DNA of 32,000 bases from Candidatus Saccharimonadota bacterium (GTDB lineage Bacteria > Pseudomonadota > Gammaproteobacteria > Enterobacterales > Enterobacteriaceae). A program made the translations under genes and the position numbers. Numbering within the stretch: the stretch's first letter is position 1; each line of letters starts with the position of its first letter. Shown here piece by piece: positions 1 through 9,500 of the stretch. The DNA lies in the NCBI RefSeq assembly GCF_000090965.1, contig NC_008513.1, positions 360,001-392,000 of the forward strand, in the 5' to 3' direction. The notes under the pieces were generated by a model, which saw only the letters and a program-made list of their open reading frames with translations, had not been told where the DNA came from and searched no databases.

Positions 1-30
1 AATGAATTGTTTAAATAAATAATTATATTT

Positions 31-468
31 TTAACTTTTAACTACTCCTCCAGCTGATTCTATACATAAACGAGCTCCCTTAGTTACAGACAAACCAGAA
101 ATTATTATAGGTCTATTAATCAATCCAGATTTGATAATCTTAACATATTTAATATTCTTATTAATTAAATTTATTTTTTTTAAAATAGATAAATTAATAT
201 ATTTTAAATTATGAAAACAATCTAATTCAAATAATCTAATTTCATCAAAAAATTTTTTTTTCTTAGAACGAAAACCAAATTTTGGAATTCTTCTATATAA
301 TGGTGTTTGCCCTCCTTCAAAACTTTTTCGTATTTTTCCACCTGATCTAGATTTTTGACCTTTATGTCCACGTCCTCCTGTTTTTCCCCAACCTGAACCA
401 ATTCCTCTACATATGCGTTTTTTAGACCTTTTTTTATATACAGAATTTGATAATGAATTTAAATACAT
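31..468 (-). CDS. rplO: 50S ribosomal protein L15 (uL15)
   Basis: 145-aa ORF with the GSGWGKTGGRGHKGQKSRSGG and GGQTPLYRRIPKFGF motifs of L15. It sits last in spc-operon order, after rpmD. Confidence 0.97.
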   Translation of the reverse strand: MYLNSLSNSVYKKRSKKRICRGIGSGWGKTGGRGHKGQKSRSGGKIRKSFEGGQTPLYRRIPKFGFRSKKKKFFDEIRLFELDCFHNLKYINLSILKKINLINKNIKYVKIIKSGLINRPIIISGLSVTKGARLCIESAGGVVKS

Positions 469-479
469 AAAGAATTCCT

Positions 480-653
480 CTATTTAATAGATATCATATA
501 ATATACTTTCTTAATCATTCCACGAATAGCTGCTGTATCTTTTCTTTCAACAGTATCTCCAATATTACGTAAACCTAATCCTTTCATAGTTGCTTTATGT
601 TTTGGTAAACGACCAATTTGACTTTTTATTTGAGTTATTAAAATAGTTTTCAT
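480..653 (-). CDS. rpmD: 50S ribosomal protein L30 (uL30)
   Basis: Not in the ORF track (57 aa). Manual minus-strand translation from ATG at 653-651 to TAG at 482-480 gives [57 protein letters not shown]. This matches recalled E. coli L30 (..[33 protein letters not shown]..) and lies between rpsE and rplO as expected. Confidence 0.93.
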   Translation of the reverse strand: MKTILITQIKSQIGRLPKHKATMKGLGLRNIGDTVERKDTAAIRGMIKKVYYMISIK

Positions 654-677
654 AATAAAAATATTCTCATGTTATTT

Positions 678-1172
678 TTAAATTATTGTAATAATTTTAC
701 CTCTTTTTTTAGAAATCATTTCCGGTGATCTAATTTTTTTTAATCCGTTTAAAGTCGCCCTTACAACATTGATAGGATTAGTAGAACCATATATTTTAGC
801 TAAAATATTTTGAATTCCCGCAACTTCAAGAACAGATCTCATAGCTCCACCAGCAATAATTCCAGTTCCTTCAGATGCTGGTTTCATAAAAATGAAAGAA
901 CCTGTATGTAAACCTGTAACTGAGTGTTGAATAGTATTTTTAAATAAAGGAATTATAATCATATTTTTTCGTGCTTTTTCCATTGCTTTTTGAATTGCAG
1001 AAGGAACTTCTCTAGCTTTTCCATAACCAAATCCTACTTTTCCTTGATTATTTCCAACAACAGTTAAAGCAGTAAAAGAAAAAATTCTTCCTCCTTTTAC
1101 TGTCTTAGAAACTCTATTTACAGAAATTAATTTTTCTTTTAACTCAATTGATAACTTTTTTTCATAATGCAT
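678..1172 (-). CDS. rpsE: 30S ribosomal protein S5 (uS5)
   Basis: 164-aa ORF containing [40 protein letters not shown] and [12 protein letters not shown], which closely match recalled E. coli S5. Operon position fits. Confidence 0.97.
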   Translation of the reverse strand: MHYEKKLSIELKEKLISVNRVSKTVKGGRIFSFTALTVVGNNQGKVGFGYGKAREVPSAIQKAMEKARKNMIIIPLFKNTIQHSVTGLHTGSFIFMKPASEGTGIIAGGAMRSVLEVAGIQNILAKIYGSTNPINVVRATLNGLKKIRSPEMISKKRGKIITII

Positions 1173-1190
1173 ATTTATATTCCTATAATT

Positions 1191-1559
1191 TTAGAAAATT
1201 AAACCTGATACACGGGCTGATTTAGCTAATTCTTCTATTCTACCGTGATATTTAAAGCCTGATCTATCAAAAAATACTTTTTTGATTCCTTTGATTAAAG
1301 CTCGCTCTGCAATTAATTTTCCAATTATTTTTGCAGAAATTTTATTTCCTGTATAGATATTATTTATATTTAATTTTCTAAATTCTAAAGTAGATGCACA
1401 TACTAAAACAAAAGAAGTTTTACATGAAATAATTTGAGCATAAATATGCTTTGAAGTACGGTGAATTACTAAACGAAAATCACGATTACTTCTTATTTTT
1501 TTACGTATTTTAGTATAACGTCTAATCCTAGTTTTTTTTTTGTTTACATAACCTTTCAT
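1191..1559 (-). CDS. rplR: 50S ribosomal protein L18 (uL18)
   Basis: 122-aa ORF with the [16 protein letters not shown] and [16 protein letters not shown] motifs of L18. Operon position fits. Confidence 0.96.
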   Translation of the reverse strand: MKGYVNKKKTRIRRYTKIRKKIRSNRDFRLVIHRTSKHIYAQIISCKTSFVLVCASTLEFRKLNINNIYTGNKISAKIIGKLIAERALIKGIKKVFFDRSGFKYHGRIEELAKSARVSGLIF

Positions 1560-1560
1560 T

Positions 1561-2100
1561 TTACTTTTTTTTTGCCTCTTTAATACGTATTATTTCATTT
1601 AAATAACGAATACCTTTACCTTTATAAGGTTCTGGTTTTCGATACGAACGTATATTAGCTGCTACCTGACCTACTAATTGTTTATTAATTCCTGATAATA
1701 CGATTTCTGTTTGAGATAATAAATTTGCTGTAATTAGATTCGGTAACTGATAAGAAATAGAATGTGAAAAACCCAAATATAATTTTAAAATATTATTATT
1801 TTCTAAAATAACTCTATAACCAATTCCAAATAAAATTAATTGTTTCTTAAAACCTGTAGTTACTCCAATAATCATAGTATTAACTAAAGCACGACAAGTA
1901 CCTGCTTGCATCCAACCATATGAACTTGATGAATGATTATGAGAAAAAAATAAATAACTATTCTTTTTTATAATTTTTATACATTTATGTATATTTTTTT
2001 TTAAAATACCTAATTTTCCATGAACAATCACTTTTAAATCTTGTAAACTAATATTTACATTTTGAGGAATCTTTATTGGTGATTTTGCAACACGCGACAT
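1561..2100 (-). CDS. rplF: 50S ribosomal protein L6 (uL6)
   Basis: 179-aa ORF starting [12 protein letters not shown] and ending [16 protein letters not shown]6 family, correct operon position. Confidence 0.96.
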   Translation of the reverse strand: MSRVAKSPIKIPQNVNISLQDLKVIVHGKLGILKKNIHKCIKIIKKNSYLFFSHNHSSSSYGWMQAGTCRALVNTMIIGVTTGFKKQLILFGIGYRVILENNNILKLYLGFSHSISYQLPNLITANLLSQTEIVLSGINKQLVGQVAANIRSYRKPEPYKGKGIRYLNEIIRIKEAKKK

Positions 2101-2137
2101 ACTTAATTTTCTCCATCATTATGAATTAAAAAAAAAA

Positions 2138-2530
2138 TTAATCTACGTAACATATGATTTCTCCACCTAAACCTTTTTCTCTTGCTATACGATCAGTCAT
2201 AACACCTCTAGAAGTCGAAATAATAGCAATTCCTAAATTATTCATAACAATAGGTAAATTACGTTTATTACAATATCTACGTAAACTTGGACGACTAATA
2301 CGTTTGATATTTTCAATAACAGATTTACCATTAAAATATTTTAAAAAAATTTTTAATACTTTATTATTATTTTTTTTTATTTTATAATTTATAATATATC
2401 CTTCAAATTTTAATACTTTTACAATGTTTTCTTTTAATCTTGAAAAAGGGACTATTACAAAAATTTTATTTGAAAATTGACCATTACGAATACAAGTAAT
2501 CATATCTGCTATTGGATCTTGCATACTCAT
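2138..2530 (-). CDS. rpsH: 30S ribosomal protein S8 (uS8)
   Basis: 130-aa ORF starting [17 protein letters not shown] and ending GGEIICYV. S8 family. Confidence 0.97.
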   Translation of the reverse strand: MSMQDPIADMITCIRNGQFSNKIFVIVPFSRLKENIVKVLKFEGYIINYKIKKNNNKVLKIFLKYFNGKSVIENIKRISRPSLRRYCNKRNLPIVMNNLGIAIISTSRGVMTDRIAREKGLGGEIICYVD

Positions 2531-2583
2531 AAATATACCTTATTTATAATAAATATATCTTAATTAATAATTTTTATATAAGT

Positions 2584-2889
2584 TTACCAACTTGCTTTAG
2601 TCAAACCGGGAATTTCACCTCTCATAGCTGCTTCTCGTAATTTCATTCTACTTAATCCAAATTTACGTAAAAAAGCATGAGGACGTCCAGTTTGTCTACA
2701 ACGATTACGTTGTCTAGATGGACTAGAATCCCTAGGTAAAGTTTGTAATTTTAACATAGCATTCCAACGATCTTTTTCAGAAGAAAATTTAGATTTTACA
2801 ATTTTTTTTAATTTCTCTCTAATCAAAAAATACTTTAATGCTAATTTTTTTCTTTTAAATTCTCTTGCTTTCATTGATTGTTTTGCCAT
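2584..2889 (-). CDS. rpsN: 30S ribosomal protein S14 (uS14)
   Basis: 101-aa ORF starting [13 protein letters not shown] and ending [21 protein letters not shown]. Long-form S14. Confidence 0.97.
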
Positions 2890-2907
2890 ATAAATACCTA
2901 AATAATT

Positions 2908-3447
2908 TTATTTTTGAAAAGGAAAATCAAATTCAGTTAATAAACATTCACCTTCTTGGTTAGATTTAGAATTTGTAGTTATAGTAATATCCATTCCTCT
3001 AATAGAATCAATTTTTTCATAATTAATTTCTGGAAAAATAATTTGTTCACGGATACCTAAACTATAATTCCCTCTACCATCAAAAGATTTACGTGACATA
3101 CCTCTAAAATCACGAATTCTTGGTATTACAATAGTAATTAATTTATCAAAAAAATCCCATTTTCTTCTTCCTCTTAACGTTACCTTACATCCAATAGGAT
3201 AACCTTTACGAATTTTAAAACTAGCAATTGATTTTTTAGCAATAGTAATAATTGGTTTTTGACCAGAAATCTTAGTTAAATCATCAATTGCATAATCTAA
3301 TATTTTCTTATTTATTATAGATTTACCAATTCCCATATTTAAAGTAATTTTTATAATTTGTGGAACAGCCATTATACTAGAATAATTAAATTTTTTTATC
3401 AAATTAGGAATAACTTTATTTTTATAATATAAATATAATCTTGACAT
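2908..3447 (-). CDS. rplE: 50S ribosomal protein L5 (uL5)
   Basis: 179-aa ORF with the [32 protein letters not shown] and GMDITITT motifs of L5. Confidence 0.97.
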   Translation of the reverse strand: MSRLYLYYKNKVIPNLIKKFNYSSIMAVPQIIKITLNMGIGKSIINKKILDYAIDDLTKISGQKPIITIAKKSIASFKIRKGYPIGCKVTLRGRRKWDFFDKLITIVIPRIRDFRGMSRKSFDGRGNYSLGIREQIIFPEINYEKIDSIRGMDITITTNSKSNQEGECLLTEFDFPFQK

Positions 3448-3465
3448 AATATATTTCCTATATTT

Positions 3466-3783
3466 TTACTGTATTAATTCTTTATTAGATTTAAATCTAC
3501 GCTTTTTCTTACCGAGATGCCAAAAAAATTCAACTTTATCTGATTTTTTAAGTTTTTTATTAAAAATTGATACATTAGAAATATGAATAGGTAATTCTTT
3601 TGAAATAATTCCTCCACTCTGTTGCTTTTCAGGAATAGATTTTTGATGTTTTTTTACTATATTAATTCCTTCAACAATAACAGTATTATTGCTACGATAT
3701 ATTTTTTTTACAATACCAACTTTACCTTTATCCTTTCCAGTTAAAACAATAACTAAATCATTAGAACGTATTTTATATGACAT
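3466..3783 (-). CDS. rplX: 50S ribosomal protein L24 (uL24)
   Basis: 105-aa ORF with a KOW-type segment (DLVIVLTGKDKGKVGIVKK) and NTVIVEGINIVKKH. Operon position fits. Confidence 0.95.
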   Translation of the reverse strand: MSYKIRSNDLVIVLTGKDKGKVGIVKKIYRSNNTVIVEGINIVKKHQKSIPEKQQSGGIISKELPIHISNVSIFNKKLKKSDKVEFFWHLGKKKRRFKSNKELIQ

Positions 3784-3804
3784 ATTAATTATCCCTTAAA
3801 AATT

Positions 3805-4176
3805 TTAAAGAACTTCTGGTGCTAGAGAAATTATCTTCATAAATTTTTCTACTCTTAATTCTCTTGTTACTGGACCAAAAATACGAGTACCAATTGGTTG
3901 ATTTGTAGTATCATGAACAATTACACAAGAATTATTATCAAAACAAATCATAGAACCATCTGTTCTTCTAATACCTTTTTTAGTACGTACTACTACAGCT
4001 TTTACTACTTCACCTTTCTTTACTTTACCTCTAGGTATAGCTTCTTTAATAGCTACTTTTATTATATCTCCAATATTAGCATAACGTCTACGAGAACCAC
4101 CTAGAACTTTTATACACATCACAAGACGAGCTCCGGAATTATCAGCAACATTTAAAATAGTTTGTACTTGTATCAT
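3805..4176 (-). CDS. rplN: 50S ribosomal protein L14 (uL14)
   Basis: 123-aa ORF starting [17 protein letters not shown] and containing [11 protein letters not shown]14, first gene of the spc operon. Confidence 0.98.
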   Translation of the reverse strand: MIQVQTILNVADNSGARLVMCIKVLGGSRRRYANIGDIIKVAIKEAIPRGKVKKGEVVKAVVVRTKKGIRRTDGSMICFDNNSCVIVHDTTNQPIGTRIFGPVTRELRVEKFMKIISLAPEVL

Positions 4177-4253
4177 ATATATGTCCTGTTTATTTTATAG
4201 TAAAAAAATTTATTATAGTGTAATATAAAAGAAAATTTCATAATTATATAATA

Positions 4254-4294
4254 GAAGACATGAATCAAATTATTATATACGATTTCATGCCTTC
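4254..4294 (-). terminator. Stem-loop at the S10/spc operon boundary (possible terminator or processing hairpin)
   Basis: The minus-strand RNA would read GAAGGCAUGAA, a 19-nt loop, then UUCAUGUCUUC. That is an 11-bp stem with one G-U pair, starting 20 nt after the rpsQ stop. The downstream tail is AU-rich but is not a clean U-run. Confidence 0.3.
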
Positions 4295-4314
4295 GTTTAT
4301 AAAAATAAAAAATT

Positions 4315-4569
4315 TTAAACAATAGATTTTTCTAAAATATTTACTAAAATCCAAGATTTTGTCTTTGATATAGGTCGACATTCACGAATTGTTACTATAT
4401 CTCCAATATTACAAATATTTTTTTCATCATGAATACACAATTTAGTTCTTTTTTTAATAAATTTTTTATATATAGAATGTTTTATTTTACGCTCTACAAT
4501 AACTACGGCAGATTTATTCATCTTATTACTTACAATATAACCATTTAAAAGATTTTTTTTTTCATTCAT
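4315..4569 (-). CDS. rpsQ: 30S ribosomal protein S17 (uS17)
   Basis: 84-aa ORF with S17-like [28 protein letters not shown] and [18 protein letters not shown]. Confidence 0.96.
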   Translation of the reverse strand: MNEKKNLLNGYIVSNKMNKSAVVIVERKIKHSIYKKFIKKRTKLCIHDEKNICNIGDIVTIRECRPISKTKSWILVNILEKSIV

Positions 4570-4763
4570 AAAGTATGATTAATCCTTTTATTTAAAACTG
4601 TTTTTATACGTGCAATATCTTTCTTATTTTTTTTTACTAAATGTGTTTTTTTTAATTTTCCAGAAGATAATTGAAGACGAATATTAAATTGTTCTTTCAA
4701 TAAATCTAATAAATTTTTTTTTAAATGATTTTTATCAATATTGTTTTTTTCAATAATATTCAT
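4566..4763 (-). CDS. rpmC: 50S ribosomal protein L29 (uL29)
   Basis: 65-aa ORF with an L29-like [16 protein letters not shown] core. Its 4-nt ATGA overlap with the rpsQ start is typical of translational coupling. Confidence 0.93.
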   Translation of the reverse strand: MNIIEKNNIDKNHLKKNLLDLLKEQFNIRLQLSSGKLKKTHLVKKNKKDIARIKTVLNKRINHTL

Positions 4764-4765
4764 TT

Positions 4766-5176
4766 TTATAATACCAATTTAGAAACAAAAATAGTTTTTA
4801 TAGGTAATTTAGAAGATGCTAATTTAAAAGCGAAACGACATTCTTCTTCAGAAATACCATCAATTTCATATAGTATTTTACCAGGTTGAATTAAAGCAAC
4901 CCAATATTCAACATTACCTTTTCCTTTTCCCATTCGTACTTCTAATGGTTTTTGTGTAATAGGTTTATCTGGAAAAACACGAATCCATATTTTTCCTTGA
5001 CGTTTTACTGATCGAGACATTGTTCTACGAGCTGCCTCAATTTGTCGAGCAGTTAATCTACCTCGTTCAATAGATTTTAATCCATAAGACCCAAAATTTA
5101 CTTTATTATCACAAGATAAACCTCTATTTTTACCTTTATGCATTTTACGAAATTTAAAACGTTTTGGTTGCAACAT
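4766..5176 (-). CDS. rplP: 50S ribosomal protein L16 (uL16)
   Basis: I place the start at the second ATG (5176), giving [15 protein letters not shown] and 136 aa, as in recalled E. coli L16. A GGGAG Shine-Dalgarno lies about 11 nt upstream. The track ORF start at 5194 adds 6 unsupported residues. Confidence 0.95.
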   Translation of the reverse strand: MLQPKRFKFRKMHKGKNRGLSCDNKVNFGSYGLKSIERGRLTARQIEAARRTMSRSVKRQGKIWIRVFPDKPITQKPLEVRMGKGKGNVEYWVALIQPGKILYEIDGISEEECRFAFKLASSKLPIKTIFVSKLVL

Positions 5177-5197
5177 AAATATAAATTCTCCCATTAT

Positions 5198-5905
5198 TTA
5201 TTTTCGATATTTTTGAGATACCTTTTTTACCGAAATAAATGGTTTTTTATCTTTCTTATTAGATACAACTAACATTCCATCTAATATTTCACCTTTGAAA
5301 ATCCATACTTTTACTCCAATAATTCCGTATGTTGTATGAGCTTCCGAAGTATTATATTCAATATTAGCTCGTAATGTATGAAGTGGAACTCTTCCTTCTC
5401 TATACCATTCTCTTCGTGCAATTTCTACACCTCCTAATCGTCCACTTACTTCTATTTTAATACCTTTAGCACCTTGCCGCATAGCATTTTGAACTGAACG
5501 TTTAATAGCTCTACGAAACATGACTCTTCTTTCTAATTGAGAAGAAATATTATCTGCTACTAACTTTGCATCTAACTCTGGTTTACGTATTTCTGAAATA
5601 TTAACTTGAGCTGGTACTCCAGTAATTTTTGCAATTTCAATTCGTAATTTTTCAACATCTTCACCTTTTTTACCAATCACAATACCAGGACGAGCAGTAT
5701 AAATCGTTACTCTAATATTTTTAGAAAGTCGTTCAATAATAACTTTTGAAACTGATGCTTTAATTAATTTTTTCTTTACATAACTACGTACTTTAAAATC
5801 ACTGTCTAAATAATTTGAAAATTCTTTTTTACTAGCAAACCAAATAGAATTCCAAGATTTAATAATACCTAATCTCATTCCATTAGGGTGTACTTTTTGA
5901 CCCAT
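5198..5905 (-). CDS. rpsC: 30S ribosomal protein S3 (uS3)
   Basis: 235-aa ORF starting [14 protein letters not shown] and containing [15 protein letters not shown] and [26 protein letters not shown]. Near-identical to the S3 core. A GGAGG Shine-Dalgarno lies upstream. Confidence 0.98.
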   Translation of the reverse strand: MGQKVHPNGMRLGIIKSWNSIWFASKKEFSNYLDSDFKVRSYVKKKLIKASVSKVIIERLSKNIRVTIYTARPGIVIGKKGEDVEKLRIEIAKITGVPAQVNISEIRKPELDAKLVADNISSQLERRVMFRRAIKRSVQNAMRQGAKGIKIEVSGRLGGVEIARREWYREGRVPLHTLRANIEYNTSEAHTTYGIIGVKVWIFKGEILDGMLVVSNKKDKKPFISVKKVSQKYRK

Positions 5906-6257
5906 TATAACCCTCCGGGTTTTTTTTAATATCTGATAATATTACTGTAATATGACTAGTTCTTTTTAAAATACGATCTGCTCTTCCTTTTGCTCGTGGC
6001 ATCATTCTTTTCATACTAGAACCACTATTAACAAAAATTTTTGAAATAATTAATACTTCTTTATTATAACCATAATTATGTTCAGCATTAGATAATGCTG
6101 ATTTTAATAATTTTTTAACTAATAATGCTGCTTTTTTTTTTACACTTGATAAGATCTGTAATGCTAATAAAGCTTTTTTACCACGAATAATATTAGCAAT
6201 TAAACGTATCTTTTGTGCAGAAGAACGAACTTGATTATATTTAGCTAAGACATTCAT
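5883..6257 (-). CDS. rplV: 50S ribosomal protein L22 (uL22), with a 3' extension overlapping rpsC
   Basis: 124-aa ORF with the L22 core [20 protein letters not shown]. The C-terminus runs about 14 aa past the recalled E. coli end and 23 nt into rpsC. Confidence 0.95.
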   Translation of the reverse strand: MNVLAKYNQVRSSAQKIRLIANIIRGKKALLALQILSSVKKKAALLVKKLLKSALSNAEHNYGYNKEVLIISKIFVNSGSSMKRMMPRAKGRADRILKRTSHITVILSDIKKNPEGYNGSKSTP

Positions 6258-6274
6258 GTTATCATCTCAAAAAT

Positions 6275-6559
6275 TTATTTAATAGGTTTTTTAATCTTTT
6301 TATCTGCTGTATGTCCTCTATAAGTACGTGTAATAGAAAACTCTCCTAATTTATGACCAACCATTTCTTCTGTAATAAATACAGGTACATGTTGACGTCC
6401 ATTATGAATAGATATTGTTAATCCGACCATATTAGGAAAAATTGTAGAACGTCTAGACCATGTACGAATTGACTTCTTATTCGTTAATTTTAATGATTTT
6501 TGAATCTTTTTTAATAAATGAATATCAATAAAAGGACCTTTTTTAAGAGAACGAGGCAT
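6275..6559 (-). CDS. rpsS: 30S ribosomal protein S19 (uS19)
   Basis: 94-aa ORF starting [12 protein letters not shown] and containing [23 protein letters not shown]. Confidence 0.98.
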   Translation of the reverse strand: MPRSLKKGPFIDIHLLKKIQKSLKLTNKKSIRTWSRRSTIFPNMVGLTISIHNGRQHVPVFITEEMVGHKLGEFSITRTYRGHTADKKIKKPIK

Positions 6560-6578
6560 ATATTTTCATCCTATATAA

Positions 6579-7400
6579 TTATTTATTTCTATGACGAACA
6601 ATAAATCTTTCTGTTCGTTTATTTCTACGTGTTTTTTTACCTTTAGTTTTTAATCCCCATGGACTTACAGGATGTTTACCGAAATTTCTACCTTCACCAC
6701 CACCATGAGGATGATCTACAGGATTCATTGCAGTACCACGAACAGTAGGTCGTATTCCGTATCTACGGGAAGCACCGGCTTTTCCTAAAATACGTAACAT
6801 ATGTTCTGAATTCCCTACTTCTCCTATAGTAGCACGACATTCAATATGAATTTTTCTTAATTCACCTGAACGTAAACGTATAACAACATATTTATTTTCT
6901 TTAGATATTAATTGCGCATAACTTCCAGCAGATCGTGCAATTTGACCACCTTTTCCAGATTTTATTTCAATATTATGTAGAATTGTTCCAATAGGAATTT
7001 TTTTTATTGGTAAAGCATTTCCTAATTTAATTGGAACTAAATTTCCAGATTCTATAATATCTCCAACTTTAATTCCTTTAGGTTCCAAAATATAACTTCT
7101 TTTACCATTCTTATATAAAATCAATATAATATTAGATGATCTATTAGGATCATATTCAATTCTTTGCACTACTGCTGGAACATTATCATAACGTCTCTTA
7201 AAATCAATACAACGATATAATTTTTTATGTCCCCCCCCTATATGACGGGTAGTAATACGTCCATAATTATTTCTTCCACCTGTTTTTACTTTTTTCTGCA
7301 ATAATGATGCAATAGGTCGACCTTTATATAAATTTGGACAAATTACTTTTACTACATGACGTCTTCCAGGAGAAGTTGGCTTGCATCTTACAATAACCAC
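6579..7400 (-). CDS. rplB: 50S ribosomal protein L2 (uL2)
   Basis: 273-aa ORF with the [18 protein letters not shown] and [19 protein letters not shown] motifs. Confidence 0.98.
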   Translation of the reverse strand: MVIVRCKPTSPGRRHVVKVICPNLYKGRPIASLLQKKVKTGGRNNYGRITTRHIGGGHKKLYRCIDFKRRYDNVPAVVQRIEYDPNRSSNIILILYKNGKRSYILEPKGIKVGDIIESGNLVPIKLGNALPIKKIPIGTILHNIEIKSGKGGQIARSAGSYAQLISKENKYVVIRLRSGELRKIHIECRATIGEVGNSEHMLRILGKAGASRRYGIRPTVRGTAMNPVDHPHGGGEGRNFGKHPVSPWGLKTKGKKTRRNKRTERFIVRHRNK

Positions 7401-7419
7401 GTATATCCCCCTCTCATTT

Positions 7420-7722
7420 TTATTTTGAATGACCTAAAAATTCTAAATTTTGACCTGTATGTAAAATAACATACGCTTTTTTCCAATTACTAAATTTACA
7501 AATTTTGTTTTTTTGACGTTTTCTTTTACCTTTTACTATTAATGTATTAATTTTATATACCCGTACTTTAAAAAATTTTTCTATAGCCAATTTAATTTCA
7601 TATTTTTTTGAATTTTTTAATACTTTTAAAACAACAGTATTATTTCTTTTCATATTATCTGATGTTTTATCAGATACATGTGCGGATAAAATAATTTTTA
7701 ATAATCTTTCAATATGAGTCAT
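7420..7722 (-). CDS. rplW: 50S ribosomal protein L23 (uL23)
   Basis: 100-aa ORF with L23-like length and operon position, and a conserved KKAYV segment near the C-terminus. Confidence 0.93.
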   Translation of the reverse strand: MTHIERLLKIILSAHVSDKTSDNMKRNNTVVLKVLKNSKKYEIKLAIEKFFKVRVYKINTLIVKGKRKRQKNKICKFSNWKKAYVILHTGQNLEFLGHSK

Positions 7723-8324
7723 TTAAACATAACCTCAATTTTCTTAATTGCTGATAAAGTAATTAATACCTTTTCATATGAAATTAAAATAACCGGATTA
7801 ATAGATTTTACATTTATTACACATACATGATATAAATTTCTAGATGCATATAATAAACTTGTATTTTTATGAGCAGTAATAATTAAAACACTTTTTAAAT
7901 TTATTAATTCTAATTTTTTTAACAAAATTTTTGTCTTAGGAAATTCAATTATAAACTCTTTAAATAAAAAAAATCGATTTTGTCTAATTAATTCTGATAA
8001 AATACTTTTAATAGCATAACGATACATCTTTTTATTCATTTTAAGTTTATACTTTTTAGGCTTAGCTGCAAAAGTAACACCACCAGATCTCCAAATAGGA
8101 CTTCTTAATGATCCTGATCGTGCTCTTCCCGTTCCTTTTTGTCTCCATGGTTTTTTACCTGATCCTGATACTTCTGAACGACTTTTTTGTGCCTTACTCC
8201 CTTGTCTTCTACGTGCTAAATAGCACACTATAATTTGATGAACTAAAGGTTCGTTAAACACTTTATTAAAAATAGATTCAGATATATTATATATTTCATT
8301 TGTATCTTGAAACATTAATTCCAT
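7719..8324 (-). CDS. rplD: 50S ribosomal protein L4 (uL4)
   Basis: 201-aa ORF containing RRQGSKAQKSRSEVSGSGKKPWRQKGTGRARSGS. It overlaps the rplW start by 4 nt. Confidence 0.97.
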   Translation of the reverse strand: MELMFQDTNEIYNISESIFNKVFNEPLVHQIIVCYLARRRQGSKAQKSRSEVSGSGKKPWRQKGTGRARSGSLRSPIWRSGGVTFAAKPKKYKLKMNKKMYRYAIKSILSELIRQNRFFLFKEFIIEFPKTKILLKKLELINLKSVLIITAHKNTSLLYASRNLYHVCVINVKSINPVILISYEKVLITLSAIKKIEVMFK

Positions 8325-8344
8325 TGTTTACAACTCCTTATATA

Positions 8345-8971
8345 TTATTTAATGGAAGGTTTAAGTAATATATCACTTCCTATACTACCTGGAATAGAGC
8401 CTTTTATTAAAATTATTTTATTTATATCATCAATTTTAACAATTTTTAAATTTTGAATAGTTGTACGCTGATCACCTAAATGACCCGACATTTTTTTACC
8501 TTTAAACACATGTCCTGGAGTTTGATTTTGCCCAATAGATCCTGGAACGCGATGAGAAAGAGAATTTCCGTGAGTAGCATCTTGCATTCTAAAATTCCAA
8601 CGTTTAACAGTACCAGCAAAACCTTTTCCTTTTGAAATACCAGTAATATCTAATTTTTTAATATTCTTAAAAAAATTAATAGTAATTTTTTGTCCAGATG
8701 AATAATTAGAAGAATTTTTACATTTAAATTCCCATAAACCTCTACCAACTGAAACATTAAATTTTAAAAAATGACCATATTCTGATTTTAAAACTTTTTT
8801 TTCTTTTTTAAATCCTGTAGTTAATTGAATTGATTCATAATTATCATTTTCTATTGTTTTAACTTGTACAACAATATTATCTAGTATTTCAATTGCAGTT
8901 ACAGGAATAGAAGTATATTCTTCAAAAAAAATTCGTGTCATACCTAGTTTTTTACCTACTAAACCTATCAT
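8345..8971 (-). CDS. rplC: 50S ribosomal protein L3 (uL3)
   Basis: 208-aa ORF starting [15 protein letters not shown] and containing [13 protein letters not shown] and [20 protein letters not shown]. Confidence 0.98.
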   Translation of the reverse strand: MIGLVGKKLGMTRIFFEEYTSIPVTAIEILDNIVVQVKTIENDNYESIQLTTGFKKEKKVLKSEYGHFLKFNVSVGRGLWEFKCKNSSNYSSGQKITINFFKNIKKLDITGISKGKGFAGTVKRWNFRMQDATHGNSLSHRVPGSIGQNQTPGHVFKGKKMSGHLGDQRTTIQNLKIVKIDDINKIILIKGSIPGSIGSDILLKPSIK

Positions 8972-9021
8972 AAATTATTTACCTTAAATTCTCTAAAAAT
9001 AATTAATTTAATTTCTTAAAA

Positions 9022-9333
9022 CTACCCTAAACTAATTTGCACATCTACACCTGCAGCTAAATCCAATCGCATTAATGCATCAACTGTTTTTTCTGTTGGT
9101 TGTACAATATCAATTAATCTCTTATGCGTTCTAATCTCATATTGATCACGAGCATCTTTATTCACATGCGGTGATACTAAAATTGTAAATCTTTCTTTAC
9201 GAGTAGGTAAAGGAATAGGACCTAAAACTTTTGCTCCAGTTCGTTTAGCTGTATTAACAATTTCTAAAGTAGATTGATCAATTAAACGATAATCAAAAGC
9301 TTTTAAACGAATACGAATTCTTTGATTCTGCAT
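9022..9333 (-). CDS. rpsJ: 30S ribosomal protein S10 (uS10)
   Basis: 103-aa ORF starting [14 protein letters not shown] and containing [34 protein letters not shown] strong AAGGAG Shine-Dalgarno lies upstream. Confidence 0.98.
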   Translation of the reverse strand: MQNQRIRIRLKAFDYRLIDQSTLEIVNTAKRTGAKVLGPIPLPTRKERFTILVSPHVNKDARDQYEIRTHKRLIDIVQPTEKTVDALMRLDLAAGVDVQISLG

Positions 9334-9416
9334 AAATATAGAACTCCTTATTTAATAAAATTCACTTTTATATATTTATTACATGTCAAAAATATTTTTT
9401 TAATAAGTTAATTATT

Positions 9417-9459
9417 AAAAAAATTATGTCAAGAAAAGAGAAAACCTCTAATCTTGACA
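9417..9459 (-). terminator. Rho-independent terminator downstream of tuf (end of the str operon)
   Basis: The minus-strand RNA reads UGUCAAGA-UU-AGAG-GUUUU-CUCU-UU-UCUUGACA. This gives 8 bp plus 4 bp of perfect stem around a symmetric 2x2 internal loop. It is followed by UAA and U7, and begins about 40 nt after the tuf stop. Confidence 0.65.
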
Positions 9460-9500
9460 AAATATTAAAATATTGATATATAATAAAATTTATATCTATA

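Noticed and set aside
1-30. Possible secY start downstream of rplO at the window edge
   Set aside because: There is no minus-strand ATG, GTG or TTG in the 30 nt available, so the next gene must begin outside the window. Nothing is callable.
2154-2387. 77-aa plus-strand ORF
   Set aside because: It lies entirely antisense within rpsH. The sequence is low-complexity and hydrophobic with no recognisable family. It is a typical shadow ORF in AT-rich DNA.
3898-4104. 68-aa plus-strand ORF
   Set aside because: It is antisense within rplN. The composition-driven sequence is rich in Tyr, Phe, Ser and Thr. Shadow ORF.
5177-5194. N-terminal extension of rplP (MGEFIF) from the longest-ORF call
   Set aside because: The conserved L16 N-terminus MLQPKR begins at the second ATG, which has the Shine-Dalgarno. 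The first ATG lies 3 nt after the rpsC stop and has none.
9384-9389. TTGACA hexamer upstream of rpsJ as the S10 promoter -35 element
   Set aside because: No acceptable -10 hexamer lies at 16-18 nt spacing (the sequence there is AGTGAA or AAGTGA). The nearest TATAAA is only 11 nt away. I mention it in a finding but do not call it as a feature.
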